Origin: Cycas panzhihuaensis
Lineage: Eukaryota; Plantae; Cycadophyta
NCBI GenBank assembly: GCA_023213395.1
Contig: CM041465.1
Coordinates: 244,783,741-244,847,740, forward strand
Direction: 5' to 3'
DNA length: 64,000 nucleotides
The notes under the pieces: model-generated
The model's input: only the letters and a program-made list of their open reading frames with translations
The model's database searches: none
What the model was told of the DNA's origin: nothing
Program-made: the position numbers and the translations under genes
Shown here: positions 39,201 through 52,963 of the stretch, piece after piece
Layout: every line of letters starts with the position of its first letter
Numbering within the stretch: the stretch's first letter is position 1

Positions 39201-41864
39201 TAAATTTTCTAACCTAATTATGGCATCATAATTAATTGTCTAAGTGTTTGTCACCTTCTTAGGGATCATAGTTAAGCACTTTTGTCTTGTAATCTTTGAT
39301 TCCACTTACCTCACTTAGGCTTTGAATAGTTATATATAGTGGTTGACAAGCTCCTCTATTATGGTTGGTATGTATGCTACCCTTACATTCTTAGTCTTCA
39401 AGGCTAGAATTTTTTCCTTATTTTATTTACTTTTAATAGTTTAGAAAAAAAAAAAATTGAACACTTATGTCCATCTTTTAACCAATGCAATCTACCCCAA
39501 ATTTTGGCCCCTTTGGATTTTCTTATCTTAGAGCTCTTGAGAGCTTATGAGACTTTAGTTATTACTTTTTAGATGTGCTCATCAAATGGGTTGTCCTCAA
39601 GCTTTTATCTTAGAACAACTAGCTTATTAGAGTTAAGTCTATCTAATCTTCTCCTGATATAAGCCACTTGCTTTCCATAACCTCTTAAAAAGGATGTAGC
39701 ATGTGCCACCACTTCTTTCCATTAGGTGATCCATCCCTTATCCCCTAAAGGTATTAAGCTAAGATATGAAACTTATTTGATACTTGATAAACATAATTTA
39801 AATTTAAGATAGGAGATATTTAATTTGAAGACCAAATGATTCAAGATTGACTTGGTCTCCCCTAAGTAATACTAAATGTAATAGGGTGATGATCCAATAG
39901 TAGGATATCATTAAGGACTTTAACAAGCCTGAAGTAGTGTTATGAGATTTTAAAGAAATCATTATATGAGACCATAGCCTTATTAAGCTTTGCTAGAATC
40001 CCTCCCTTCTTAGGTCTAATATTAAGTGACATAAACCATGGATCATGTCCCTTACCTTTCCTGAATATATTTAGATCATATAGGCTAAATTTATTTTTGA
40101 AAGATAAATAGCCATATCATTCCTTTTGGTGCCACCTAAAAGGTCTTCCTTCAACCCTATCAAAGGTTGCTTCTATTATATTGAAATCTTTATAGATAAT
40201 CCACATAACATTTAGTAAGTTCAAGATGAGACAACATGAGAGTGTGGCCTTATCTTTGGGTGGATTAGGCATATAAATATTGAGAATTCCTAGTAGTTTA
40301 TTCTCAAGCCTTATAATAACCCAAGCACAATATTTTTGGGGATATGAGTTATGAATAACCACAATCTTATCTTAGTATGCCTTAAGAAGAAGAAGAATGC
40401 CACCTTGCCCTTCATTATGGAATGTGTTAAAAGATAAGGCATCATTCCAAATATATATAGCTACAAACTTAAGATATTACCAAAACACTTAATTCCTACA
40501 GATATTGTATGTCAATGTCTGTAAAATCACTACAAAACTTTTTGATCACCATCCTTCTAAACTAGTGAGATAGTCCCCTCATATTCTAATTAATAATATT
40601 CATCATGATAATCCTCTATCTCCATATTGCATCCCTCCTCATTAGGTCTATCTATCTTTTAAGAGGGAAAATTTATTAGACTTTAGTGAACTATTAGAGG
40701 ATTTAGGGCACTTAATAATGGGGTTAAAAAAATTCTTACTCAATACCTCCTTCTTCTCTTCCTTTACCCTTCCTTGACCCTTAGAGTCTTGAGTATATCA
40801 AATGGGAGACTAGTTTTAGGGTGACAAGTGGTGGCTTAATAAATGATTATTCAACCATCTTACCCTTGACCTTCTTAGAGGTTGAGTTTGACACTTTTTC
40901 TTTTCCTCTAACTTGGCCTAGACTTGAGTCTTAACATGCTACTTCTTTAGCTTGGAAAGTTTATTTATAACTATTTTGCTATGGACCTTAACCCCTCCAT
41001 TATAACATTTAACTAATAACTGGGGATTTTTTAGCTTGTCTAGACTATATGGTTAAATGGGTTTATTCAAAGGGAAATCCTATATCCTATACTCCTAGAA
41101 GTGATATTTAAAGCATGAGTTAGGGATATTCATATAAATAACTTTTTATTTTAACATCGTATCTCCGTGCTAGATTTAAATATACTCAAGAAAATTATTT
41201 TGATAGATCTACCCTTATATAAGCTTTAATATTTGGCTTAGGTAAGAATTCCCCATGAGGCTCTAAAGATACAAAATCCCTTAGGGGCTTAGATAATTCT
41301 TTTACAAATGGTTAATAATACATAAGAAAGCCTAAGAACTCAATTAATATAAGGAATTCAAATGCCATGTCTTGATTAATAGAGAAGTTAATATCTTAGT
41401 GGTTAAAAATCACCAAGTTCCTTTTCTACATCCATGGACCTCTACATAACACTTGTTACAAGGCTTCTTAGGACTATAAAAATAAATCTTAAAAAAAAAA
41501 AGACTTCAGGTAAATTCTAGATAGAGATTATCTTCCATTGAAAGATTTATATGGTACACTTGGCCTATTACTAATAACCACCTCTAGAGGGGTTCGATCA
41601 ATAAAGTATGATATTAACATATAAGAATAAACATTATTTAATGCATGAGAAATAATACTAATATTCAAGGAAATTGCATGTAGACCTAACTTATCTTATC
41701 AAATACTTTAGAATGAATTTCCTCATGCATCTAGAGGATATTCTCCCCCTACAAACTAAATAAAGAAGATGATAGAGGTCTAGCATGGTGCTCTTAGACT
41801 GCTATAGAGAAAAAATAATTATTTCTTAAGATATCCATATTGGCACCTAGTTATGTAATAGGTT
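36254..41864 (-). mobile_element. Near full-length degenerate L1-clade LINE
   Basis: Poly(T) and tttatt (poly(A) tail and signal on the minus strand) at about 36254-36293; RT QGCPLAP (about 38590-38610); endonuclease NIYMPN...DFN (40117-40362); ORF1-like GPW motif at about 41435. The 5' end is approximate. Confidence 0.85.
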
Positions 41865-41916
41865 GAGTTAACAAACTAATGCAAACAGTATGATAGTACC
41901 CCATAGGTCTACTAAA

Positions 41917-44408
41917 TGTAAGGCATATGAGAATGATTACCAAGAATAAATCACACATATAGGAAATTTAATACATGGCTCTATTATAGGATATGACTAT
42001 CCCACTTTTGCTCACACATAAAATGGAAGATGGAGAAACAAGTAGGAAAAAGTAATACTTATATTATTAAGAGAAATTAATTACAAAATTGAAGGACACC
42101 AAAGAGAACAAGTGGATAGTAAATAAAACTAAAGAGTATTGAAGTACTAATCTCTCAAGAAAAAAAATGATTATACCACAACCTTCCTTTATAAGTCATG
42201 ACCCTTAAATAGATAAAAGAGAACCTTTTTCCTATAATTGTATTGGTAGGCCAAGTGGCCTTATATTTCATTGGTGGCTTTAATGGACTACACACAAAAG
42301 TTAATGATTAACACTTAACATCTTAGTACCTTAACCTTGAGTAGTAGTATCCTGGTTCCACTAGCCACATGTGGTTATGTAATATATCCCCTCCCTTTAT
42401 ATGCCGAGTCTCCAAAGTAAAGGAATTATGGATGCTGCTTGATAAAATTTATTGATTCTCAAGTCACCTCATTCACAATTGACCCACTATACCAAATACT
42501 TAGTAATTATCTTATTTTAAAGGAGGCATTGTATGTTAACCAAGATACATTCATGGGGAATAATGAGAATTTGCACTTTATTAAGGATGGGAAGGATTAT
42601 TTGTGGGGTCGTGCCATTACTAAGGTATTTCTTAAGGTAGGAAACTCGGAAGAGATTATGAATCTTAGTATTGGGTGGGAGTTCCAAAGCATATGCTACT
42701 TCCCCAACATATTAGACGACTTTATAAGGGCTATAGTAGTGAGGAATAAGCTTGTGGTTCTTATTATGTTTGAGTGATTATTGTTTATATGGTTAAAGGT
42801 GTAGGAATACAAGATCACTAATGTTAAAGGGGCGATTCAAATGGTGGTAGTCTACTAATTGCTTTATTTAATTCTAGGATACAACTAGGTTTTGCTTAAA
42901 GATATTTAGAATTTAGTCCATATATTATAATTTTTGTTATACTATTATAATGTAAAAGATAGTTACTAATATATAATGAGATGGTGGTAGGCACCCATAA
43001 TGTGCCATAAATGGGGACATCCCTATAGTTGAGTGGTTAGAGGAATTATACTAATATTTTGTTAGGGCTAGCCATGAGGACCATCTTGTCTAGTATTCAG
43101 AAGCATAATAAGTAAGTTTTTAATGTTTTGTTAAGAACTTCTATTTGGTCATCCATTTGGGGATGATAGGTAGAACTCATATTAAGTGATATACCTTTGG
43201 CTCAAAAGAGCTCTTGTTAAAAGGAGTTAGTGAATTTTGGATCTTAGTTATATATTATGGTTGATGAAAAGCCATGTAAACAAAATATCATTTAAAGATG
43301 ATGATCTATGATGCTCAATACTTTATATGAAGTGTAGATTGGCAAAAAGTATACATATTTTATCAAGCACTTAATAACCACTAATATAAATTCATACCCG
43401 ATAGATAGAGAGAGACCCATAACAAAGTCCATGGTAATATTTTATCACTTTCCTTATGGAATATGGAGTGGTTATAATATACATAGTTAGGATTTGGTAT
43501 CAACTTTATTACATTGACATATATCATATTCTAAAATAAATGTTAAACTAGATAATTTTATGTATGGCCATAAGAAGTCAAAACAAATTCGTCAGTAGTT
43601 TTTGTTGAATTCAGAATTGCCACCTAATGGAGTAGAGTGGTATTTTACTAAGATTTGAGTAATAAATTTAGAAGTTGGTTCGATGAATATATGGTTTCTA
43701 TATAGAAGGAGATTGTTTTAGATGGACCAATTTTTTTGAGTATGAACTTTATTAGCTTATTTATCATAATCTAATTAGGACTAGTTTTCTCGAGCCAAGT
43801 CTTGTGCTCATATAGGATATGGAGTGGAGATGGTATGGATGGAGGATTCATGTAAAGGAATGAAAGACAAGTCAATTGGAAGGTAGGAAAAAGTATTTAT
43901 TACTATATTATCTTGGATTTTCTTATAAGTGATTATGAAATTGAAAACTTATAGGTGCTCCACTCATTTGATCTATTTATTAAATATAATTAGTTAGTCT
44001 AATAGGTGATGGAGACTATGGTCATCGATTAGGATGGTGAACTTTAATCCAATGAGATATTATTGTCATTTCTCAATAGCATGGAGAATGGCCTCCATTT
44101 CTTTTTGGTACGTAGATAACCTATATACATGGTCTTTAAGTTTTTAACTTTCAAAAATAATAAGGTGTAGGTTTTACATAAGGACTGCACTTAAGCCAAA
44201 ACCTAATGTATCACATTTTAGTTAGAAAGGTTAGGAGAAGTTTGATATGGTAAAGTCTAGAGTAAAGGACATTACTTCTTTGAGATAAATAAAGGCATAA
44301 TTATTATTTAGTGACTATTAGAAAGAATCTTTCTAGAGTGAATTGGTTAACGGTGTCGTTAAGGTTGTATAATTATGAATGAACTACCTATAGAATCTTA
44401 TGAGTCTA
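41917..44408 (-). mobile_element. Truncated Gypsy: putative 3' LTR plus integrase/RNase H relic
   Basis: The minus strand shows SSTYHPQMD (about 43150-43175), MDFVMGL (about 43415-43432), AILHAIEK (about 44070-44095) and FYR.FIHNY...PLTN (about 44345-44400). LTR limits are uncertain. Confidence 0.75.
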
Positions 44409-46870
44409 TTTCCCAGCTCCCAGGAATGACATCAATATGATAACATAAATAAGTATATATATGCATCTCCATCTCATCTCCTATCACATTTGTTATGATA
44501 TTTTACTGTATGTGATGTATAATTGATTGTTAGACATATGCTTGCCTTACTTGCTTGGTTTACCTATGCCTTCTTGCATGTTGATGACGACCATGACTCT
44601 GATCTAGTGGCCTTATAGCCTCCTTATCAACCTGTTGGTTGTAAAGGGAACCTCTCCACATACCTACAACTCCCTCTTTTGGCTCATTCTTGTTCTTTTG
44701 GTATTGTTTCTCCTACATGGTTACCGGTTCCCCTTTACTTTAGGTCTTGAGACTAGCTTTTGGGAATTTAGTGGCCTTAGGACAAGGTTTTAGGCCCCCT
44801 TTTTGCAATCTATTGCTGCACTGCTACCATTTTTGGTACAAAAGGTAATAATATAGAGTTATTTGTAGTACTATAAAATTATCTGCGGTATAATTGTTAC
44901 ACCTCCCCACCACTACCCCAATGGCTAAATGACTCTTTTGCTACCTTGTTTAGTGGGCTTGGGGTACCACATCAACCTAAACCAACTCGTCATGCCTTAA
45001 GGAATATAATTGGGCCTCTAACTTCATTGTTTATTTTTTTTTTTTAAGATTTGAATCTCCTCCACCTTGGCACTATTTATTGTTTTGGGTGATGGTTTCT
45101 CCACCTTGTGGGCATGAAATCACCATCCTTTCACCTTGTTTTTTTCTATAAAAACCCTTCAATTTAAGGGTAAAGACATAATACATCTTCCATACTAAAA
45201 TTCTACTAAAGCTTTGCCACAATAACCCTTCTACTTTAGACACAAATTACATGCTTTGGGAGTCAAGGTGAAGAAGTGGAGATCAACCCTAATATAAACA
45301 AAGGAGTATTGGAGAGCATTACATTGGGTGGCTATCACTACCTTCTGTTTCTTGGCCATCAGGAATGGCCATGAGCGATATCTCACAGGTAAGGTCAGGT
45401 ATTATTCTATCATCTCCATCTTATTTAAATTTCTTTACATTGATAAGTTTAGGATAAGATTATGGAGTGATGTTGCATTTAGTATGGTTGTTTAATAGTC
45501 TGATGCATCTACTTGCCACCCTTTACTTGTGCTTGTATCCCAACCTATAACGATCGAGATTGTGGTCCTAATGGCATTACATAGCATCCAAGCACACCCT
45601 CCTAGGTCCTATGGGTACCCGTGAACCTCTGTAGCTCATCTTTCTTTATTCCTAACTTGTTGCATAACTTCTTTAGCTCATGTTTCAGGTCTTTGTGCTT
45701 GCTGACTCCCTTTTACGATGACTTTTGCACTTGAGTCATGGCTTTTTATGCATCATTGCCCTTTTTTCATTTTCTTTTCTCTCCTTAGGGAACTCCATTT
45801 ACCATTTGAATCCCCCAAGATGCTGCAACAACTCTTTTGGCCCTTTGTTGACTGTTCCTTTACCCTTTTTTGCACTATTTTATGTTATTTTATTTTATTA
45901 TTTTCTTTTTTTTCTCCTGTCTGTCTTTGCCCCATGTCAAAATTTGTGGCACTGCATTAAACTTTGTGGTACCATAAATATTATTGCAATGTAACTGTTC
46001 ATAAATAGATGCGGTTAGAAAATGGTTAAATTTATATTTATTACAAATTTAACATGTGGCTAGCACATCATTCCCACCCAAATTGGGGCCCAACATCTTT
46101 GAAACACTCTTTAAGACATAAAACTAAAAATTTAAATTCATTTGGGGATCTAACAGTAAAAAATTGTCTATGATTTTGCTCTCTTTTCCTCTCATCTTCT
46201 TGCTCCTCTTGCTCCTAGCTTAGATTCATGTAAAAACTTAACTAGCATGTCTAAAAATAGGGAGATCAAGGGTTATCTCAACTGGATTACTTTCATCTCA
46301 AGCCCAACAAGGCAACTACATTGATTTTCTTGGACTTAAGGCTCTCCTTCTCTTAAAAAGAGGCCAACTTCATAAAGAAAGGAGAGTTTTAGTTACCATT
46401 CTTCTTGATTATGAGGTAACTTTAAACTTGTATAGGTTTTTATGGTTGAAAACATGCTTCTTTTTTCTGTTCTTCTTTGAATGTGCCTTATTTCATTTTG
46501 TTGCATCTCTTAGCATATGTTTAGCATATATATTGCTCTATTTTGCTAAGTAAGGAGAGGCAAAACCTCTCATTTCCTCTTGCTATTATTGTTCCATATT
46601 AGGGTTTCCACTACCCAATGGTAGGACGTGTCTTGGGATCCTCTTAAGAAGGCAAGGGAAGGATAAACAACTAGAGTTCTAACCCCTAATGCCACTTCCT
46701 CTAGGGCGACCCCCACTTCTCAAGCTTTCCTTGCAGCATACCCACTATATACGCTAGTGCATCCCGTAGGGTGTGACCCTTTCAACATTTGCAATGTTTG
46801 CAACACTTACTTCATTGTCAGCACATTCACATCTTGCCTTACTAGCAACTCCTACTATTTCTATAACGTC

Positions 46871-46978
46871 TTCTACAACATCTGTAGCTTTTACAATATT
46901 TACAACTTTTACAATATTTGTAGCTTTTACAACATTTATAGTTTTTACAACATTTATAGTTTTTACAACATTAATAGC
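46871..46978 (+). repeat. 18-bp minisatellite x6 (ttttacaacatttRtagY)
   Basis: Six contiguous units read directly, with no spacers. Confidence 0.9.
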
Positions 46979-47721
46979 TTATTTAAATCCTTACACTTAT
47001 TTTACCTAGATCATTCGTTGCCGTCCAACTCACCTACATGGCACTTAGTTATCTAAGAGGTGCCTTCATCCATAGTAGTTAGCCATCCTGAGGCTACCTC
47101 TCTCTTTCTCCTAATCTCCCCTTCTCTTCATGGTTGCATGGAAACATTAATGTGTAAGAGGAAGGAAACATATTATTGATTATTATTATTTTCTTACCAT
47201 TATATAAAGTAAACTTTTATTCTCACTCTTGATGAGGCACACACACATATGCATACCTATATATGCATATGTTTATTGCTTGTGAGGGTTTGCTTGTGTT
47301 CACTATAGTGTAAGATCAGTTATCCTCTCATGCAAGTGAAGTGTTATCATGGCAAAGAGGTATCTCTCTATCTCTCTTTGTCTCTCTCTCTTCTGAACTT
47401 ACTTTTTTTAGTTCTATCATTTCATTTTGCTTTCATTTTTATTACTTTAAAGTATTTTGGGGAAGGTAAGGAATCCCCTCCCAAGCTTCACCTATGACAC
47501 CCACTACAGTAAGGGAAGCAAGGTTATCTATAAGGAGGACATGAAGAGAAGGGTCATGCTACTCCTCCAACTGATGTGTTTCTAGGTGCATTTCATCCAA
47601 CCCTTCTTCTTTCTACTCCTTTACCCTTTATCCTCGAAAGGAAATATATATATATATATATATACATATAAATAGAAATTTTCTTTTTATACATTTGCAC
47701 TTGTAGGAGAAGAAAAAGGAA

Positions 47722-47763
<42 letters not shown>

Positions 47764-50700
47764 TGTACTCTCACCTTCCTTCTCTTTCCCTTTACGAAAA
47801 GAGTAGAGTAGGAAGGATCCCCTTCTTTCACTTGCATATATATACATTCATAAAAGCGTAAGTAAAACCTTAAGTCAAACTTTTCCCTTGCATTGAAAAG
47901 CACCATATAAATATTCTCTTCTCTTTCCTCATCTTACACACATGCACACACATAGAAACGTGGTATGAATAGATGTAGTTTCCTCTTGTAGAGAAAACAA
48001 TAGATTAGAAAAAGATTCTTCCTTTTATAAACATCATCTCTTCTTTTCTCATCTTGCATATATACATGCATGTAGGAATGTGATTGGGAAGTATAGTGTA
48101 AATGAATGCATTCTCTTTTGTATTGGAAAGAAAATATCAAAAAGGAAAAGTGACATAAGTCATGCACTTTCTCCCTCTCTTTTACTTCCCTAAGTTAATT
48201 TCTTTGGATAAAAAGGAAAAGAGAGTGAGCCTGAAAGTGAGTGTTTATAATTTGCATGCATTGTTAAAACAAAGATCTTGACTTGTTAACCTTACAATTA
48301 CATTACACGTTGGAACAAAGAAAACAACTTTGACCTTTTACATAACCAAATGAAACCACAAACAAAACCTTACATCAAAACCAAACCCTAAAGGCAACCC
48401 CTTTAGATGACAAAGAAATAACTCAAAACCTCACCTGTGCAAGCTCACTTCATGCACACATCACACTTCCTTTTCTCCAAAAGGGCCTTCCATTCCTCCC
48501 CTTTTAAACGAGGGTGGGAGAGCCTAACTACGGCTACTCAATGATTCGAGAACACCCAACATCCTTCCATTCTATTCCACTTCATTTCTCTATTTAAATC
48601 AAGCAAAGCATAGGAAGTTAGAGGTCCTAGTTTAGTTGTGGTTCCTTGAACCCATGTTCTAACATGTAGATGCCCCTTTAGAGGTGTTTCTCACTATCTT
48701 CTCTACCTTCTACCTCTTAGCACCTAACTCTTGTAGTTAGTTAGATGAAGTTTAGTACTTCCCGGAGCAAGGTGACTCCACCTTCCTCTCTATTAGATTG
48801 GGCATCCCCCATCTAACCTTAGTTTGTCATTGTATGAGACTCCCTCTCACCCTTCTCCCCTTTACTTTGTTGTTGTTTTTGTTGCATAACTAGGGTTGTT
48901 TGGAATTTGGGTAACTTTTCCTCATGTTGTAATAGTAGAAGGTAGGATTAGGTTACTGGGTCTTTCCTTCATTCTTTTCTATATATTTTCCATTGAGTTA
49001 CAGGTGCATGGTGGGAAGGCTCTCCTTAGTACAACTAAGGGAACCACCCTTGTAGGCGAGGCTATGCCACTCCAAGGCACTCCTCTTCTCCTTACCTCAT
49101 ATTCACTTTTGTTATCATTCTACCATATGTCGCATATGTTTGTACACATGTTTCTTGATCATGTATATTGATTTTTCTATGTAAGTAGATTTATTAAAAT
49201 ATTATCAGGATAGCCTCTATTCCTTTTAAATCTAACTTATAGGTATAAGAAGGAGCAACCCTCTTCCATCCGTGTTAGGGTTTGGAGAAGGTGCATATTA
49301 CCAAGGTAAGTATTCACCATTTCTTACACTTTAATATTGTATAAATTTCTTTTATTACTTCCCTTTCTTTGCTTTCCATGTATTACTTTTATTTATTTGG
49401 GGTAGGTAAGTGGAGCCCCCATCATATGCTTCAACCAACAATCTCAGCATCCAAAAAGGAGATCAAATAGAATCAAGGAGAAGCAATTCCATTAACTGTC
49501 TTCTCTTCCTTTGCTATTTTATATTTTTATCATTATCCTTACGCTACACCCTAGAATCACGTCTACGGGATGGTCTTCTATGCTTAGGAGGGTATAATGA
49601 ACTAAGGTGTGGTCGGGCTATAAATGGGACCTTAACATCAAGAAAGAACACCACGCAGGGTGTCCGTGCACCGGAGCGCAGATTTGGGACCCACGAATGG
49701 TGCCCAATTGCCTTAGGGAAATCTTCAGAAAAGGACACAAGGCGAGGCCTTGGGTCATCCCAAAAGAGGAGGCCCTCCTACCCCTTGGATGGTCAGGAAG
49801 AGGAAGAGGGGCTCTAAGAAGTCGTGCCTTCTCGCAGGAAGGAGAAGGCAACGTGCGAGCAAATGTGCATGAGATATGATGGCCTATGTGTGGGCTAGAT
49901 GGGGTGTAAGAAATGTGTGGCTCACACTTAAGACCTATCTACACACGATATAAACAACTATAAAAAGAATTCGTAAATGCAAGAATGAGTTCTTTCCCTT
50001 TTTGCTTCTTATGTGTCTTTAGCATGCGACGTGTGCATAAAAGAAACATAGCAGAAAAAAGGACAAAAAGGGGACAAGGAATACCTAAAAAAGAAGTGTG
50101 GTTGGGACGTTGCGCCCTCCCACTCTTTACGCACTCGTCCACTCGAACTCGTCGCGTAGGTGTGGGGCTAGTCGATGATGATTACCGTGAACGGATGAGG
50201 GGCTACCTTATCTCCCTTAATCATGTGAAAGCAAAGTAACAAAAAAAAAAGCGCAAAGAAGGAAAACGAAAGCACTACTAGCTGGAGACTAACCTATCAA
50301 GAAGTCCGGTGGAAAATGAAAGCACGACTAGCTGGCTTCTAATGTTGTTTTCAAAACTTGGAATAAGCTCTCAATATCCGTGGCCCAACTCCAGAGAGAG
50401 GCATGAAGTGGAATAGGAAGGAAGGGAAGGGTAAAACCCTTGGGGAGAAGGCCAACAAGGGGACTGATCCCTCCTTTCTCCCTTCACCCATCCTTATGCA
50501 GCCCTCTTGCACAGCCACCCTGGAGTGAGCTTACAAGAGAAGAGAGGAGGAACACTGTAAAATAAGGAGCAACAGGCAAGCTCCTATGAAATGCAAAGAC
50601 AAGAGCAAGGATTGACTGAAAACTGCTTACAAAAGAAAGGAAAACATAAGGAAACTTAAAGGACCATTGAAGGAGTACCTTACAGCAGAAGGAAGGAGCT

Positions 50701-52963
50701 TGGTTCTGCTAAAAATCAGAGGGAAAAGCCTATGCCAAATAAGATTTTCAGACCTAGGCTGAAAGAGAGGTAAACATGGATGTAACTCTGAGATCTTGGA
50801 GCTTACTTGTTGAGATGCTTTGAGTGCCCTCCTTCCACGAAATAGACCTACAAAAAGGGAGCTTGAAGCTATTGGAGCAAGGCCTGAGATGTAGCAGGTG
50901 TCCTGTGGATGAGGAGCCAGAGCAGAGGAGTAGATCTTGTGAAGGTTGTAGAGTGGGAGCTAGAGTAGAGAGCAAAAAATGAACCCAGAAGAAGAGCAAA
51001 TGGCTTAGTTTTTTAGTTTTATACTCACCCCAATCCTAAACAAACGTTTAGGGTTACGGTGGGGGTGAGTACTCGATGGCACCATGTGGCAATTTCGTAG
51101 AAAGAGTGGGAATCGTTGAGGCAGTTTAAAAAAATGAGTTTAAACAGCAGTTGCCGCGACAAACTTTATGCACTGATTAAATTTGCAGTAGTACGAGACT
51201 AAAAGTCAAAATTAAGGCAGAACTGAGGCCTAGAGCCAAACATAAGGGGTGCAGAGGCTGGGCAGGCTGGGAGCTTGTGCCAAGGTGGCTGGCAAGTGGT
51301 CGAAAGAGAGAGACGAGTCTCAAGGGGAGGGGAGGGAGGGGTCCTATCACATCTAGAAGGAGACTCAAAGTGATGACAGGTGTATTGACGTAAGCGGGTC
51401 GTGACCAACGAGATGTTCGAGGAGCTGTGGAGGTGTTGCGGGTAGCTGAGTGCCATATGGAGTGCATGACTCACTGAGGAGTGCCCCATGATGGGTCATC
51501 ATAGGCTGAATAATATGTGGCAGGCACAAGCAATGTGATCAAATAAAGAAGGCAATGCGATCACACAAACGGCAAGCAAGTATGCATCAAACAACACTCT
51601 AAACAACTCTTACTAAGTGATAGCTGAAGGTGAGAAGTATATACCTATGCTTACTTGAGTCGACCCATCTCAAGTCCATTCCCAGTAGCTAGGAAACACA
51701 CCCCCATCGCAAGAGTTCCTCCCCCTTATTAATTTTCTTCTTTCTTAGTTGCATGCTCATTAAAAAGGGAATAAGAGAGTAGATAAGGGTTTATCTTACA
51801 CTGTGGGAAGTAAAAGGGAGTTAATTCATAAGAAAGGGAATAGATTTATTCCTCATTTTATTTTAGCAAGAAAAATATCAAAAGTAAGGGTGTTTTTGGG
51901 TTAGTATTGCATATAGGAAAAGATTCTCTACCTTTCCCCCCTCTTTATTTTCCCCCTTGCTTGCATCTCTTTCTTTTCCCTTTAGTTAGCTTATATATTA
52001 TTTTAAAGAAAAAAAAAAGAAAAGAGAGAATAGAGTGATAAAGAAAAAGAGAGTGAGGTATTTGCTTGCTTTGCATTCCTCTCTTGTTCTTTTTATTGCT
52101 CTTATTTCCATATAACCTAACAACATAGTAGATAAACCCAACCACACCCTTCTTACCCAACCAAATGGGTTCAGGCTTATTCCCTTCTTTACTCTCTCTT
52201 TTCTCTTCTTCCTCTCCCCTCTATTTTTGCCATATTGTCCCCTTACCAAGGGTGATTACCCAATTATGCCTCTTTTCTCAAAAACCCTAAGCCAAAGGGA
52301 AGGGATTATGCCTATGCATTCCTGAATCTATACCTCCATGGTGAATGAGCACCGTATGCAGTTTGCTCGAGACTCCATTACACCCACATACTAGGTTCCA
52401 TACCCTAGACCTAGCCCTTAGTGGCGTTTGTTGTATTAGGTACCCCTGACATGAGTGATCTCATTAGCAACCATACTAGGGAATACTAGTTAGAATGCTT
52501 TAGGCCTCTTTTAGACTTCTTGTGCACACTTTGTCCCTTGCATAAGGCCTACCAGGGTATCCTTCTTTTATATATTTTATCTATTGATCTCATTCCTCTT
52601 CTATTCTCTCTACTTCCTTATGCATAGTGTTTCACTTGCATATGTGATGCTTCTCAATTTTCTTACATGGTTTACCTTCCATTGAAGTAGAGCCCATCTA
52701 CTCCTATATCCCCTCATCTCACCAATAGTCTCTAATTGAGGGTTATTGATCCAGGAGGATCTACCATATGTTTACAGGATGCAGAAAATGCTAGGCAATG
52801 GAATAACTGAAAGAGATATGGCCAAATGGTATCAAAATTATATGAAATTTTGTGTAAAGGAAGAAGTCACATCCCACTACATGTGTGCAAAAGGTGGGGT
52901 TCAGAAAATGTCATTTGATTAGAGTTCAAGCCTTGTTTTGCATAAACTTAATCCCACAGCTAG

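Noticed and set aside
42439-42777. Plus-strand 112-aa ORF (similarly 8042-8347, 16016-16300, 63319-63933, 53805-54092)
   Set aside because: Antisense shadows of retroelement coding relics on the opposite strand.
46871-46978. CRISPR-like array, and the ORFs at 46757 and 46773
   Set aside because: Contiguous 18-bp units without spacers in eukaryotic TE DNA; the ORFs are repeat artefacts.
49410-51489. Cluster of short overlapping ORFs
   Set aside because: Explained by locally higher GC, with no recognisable domain or consistent strand.
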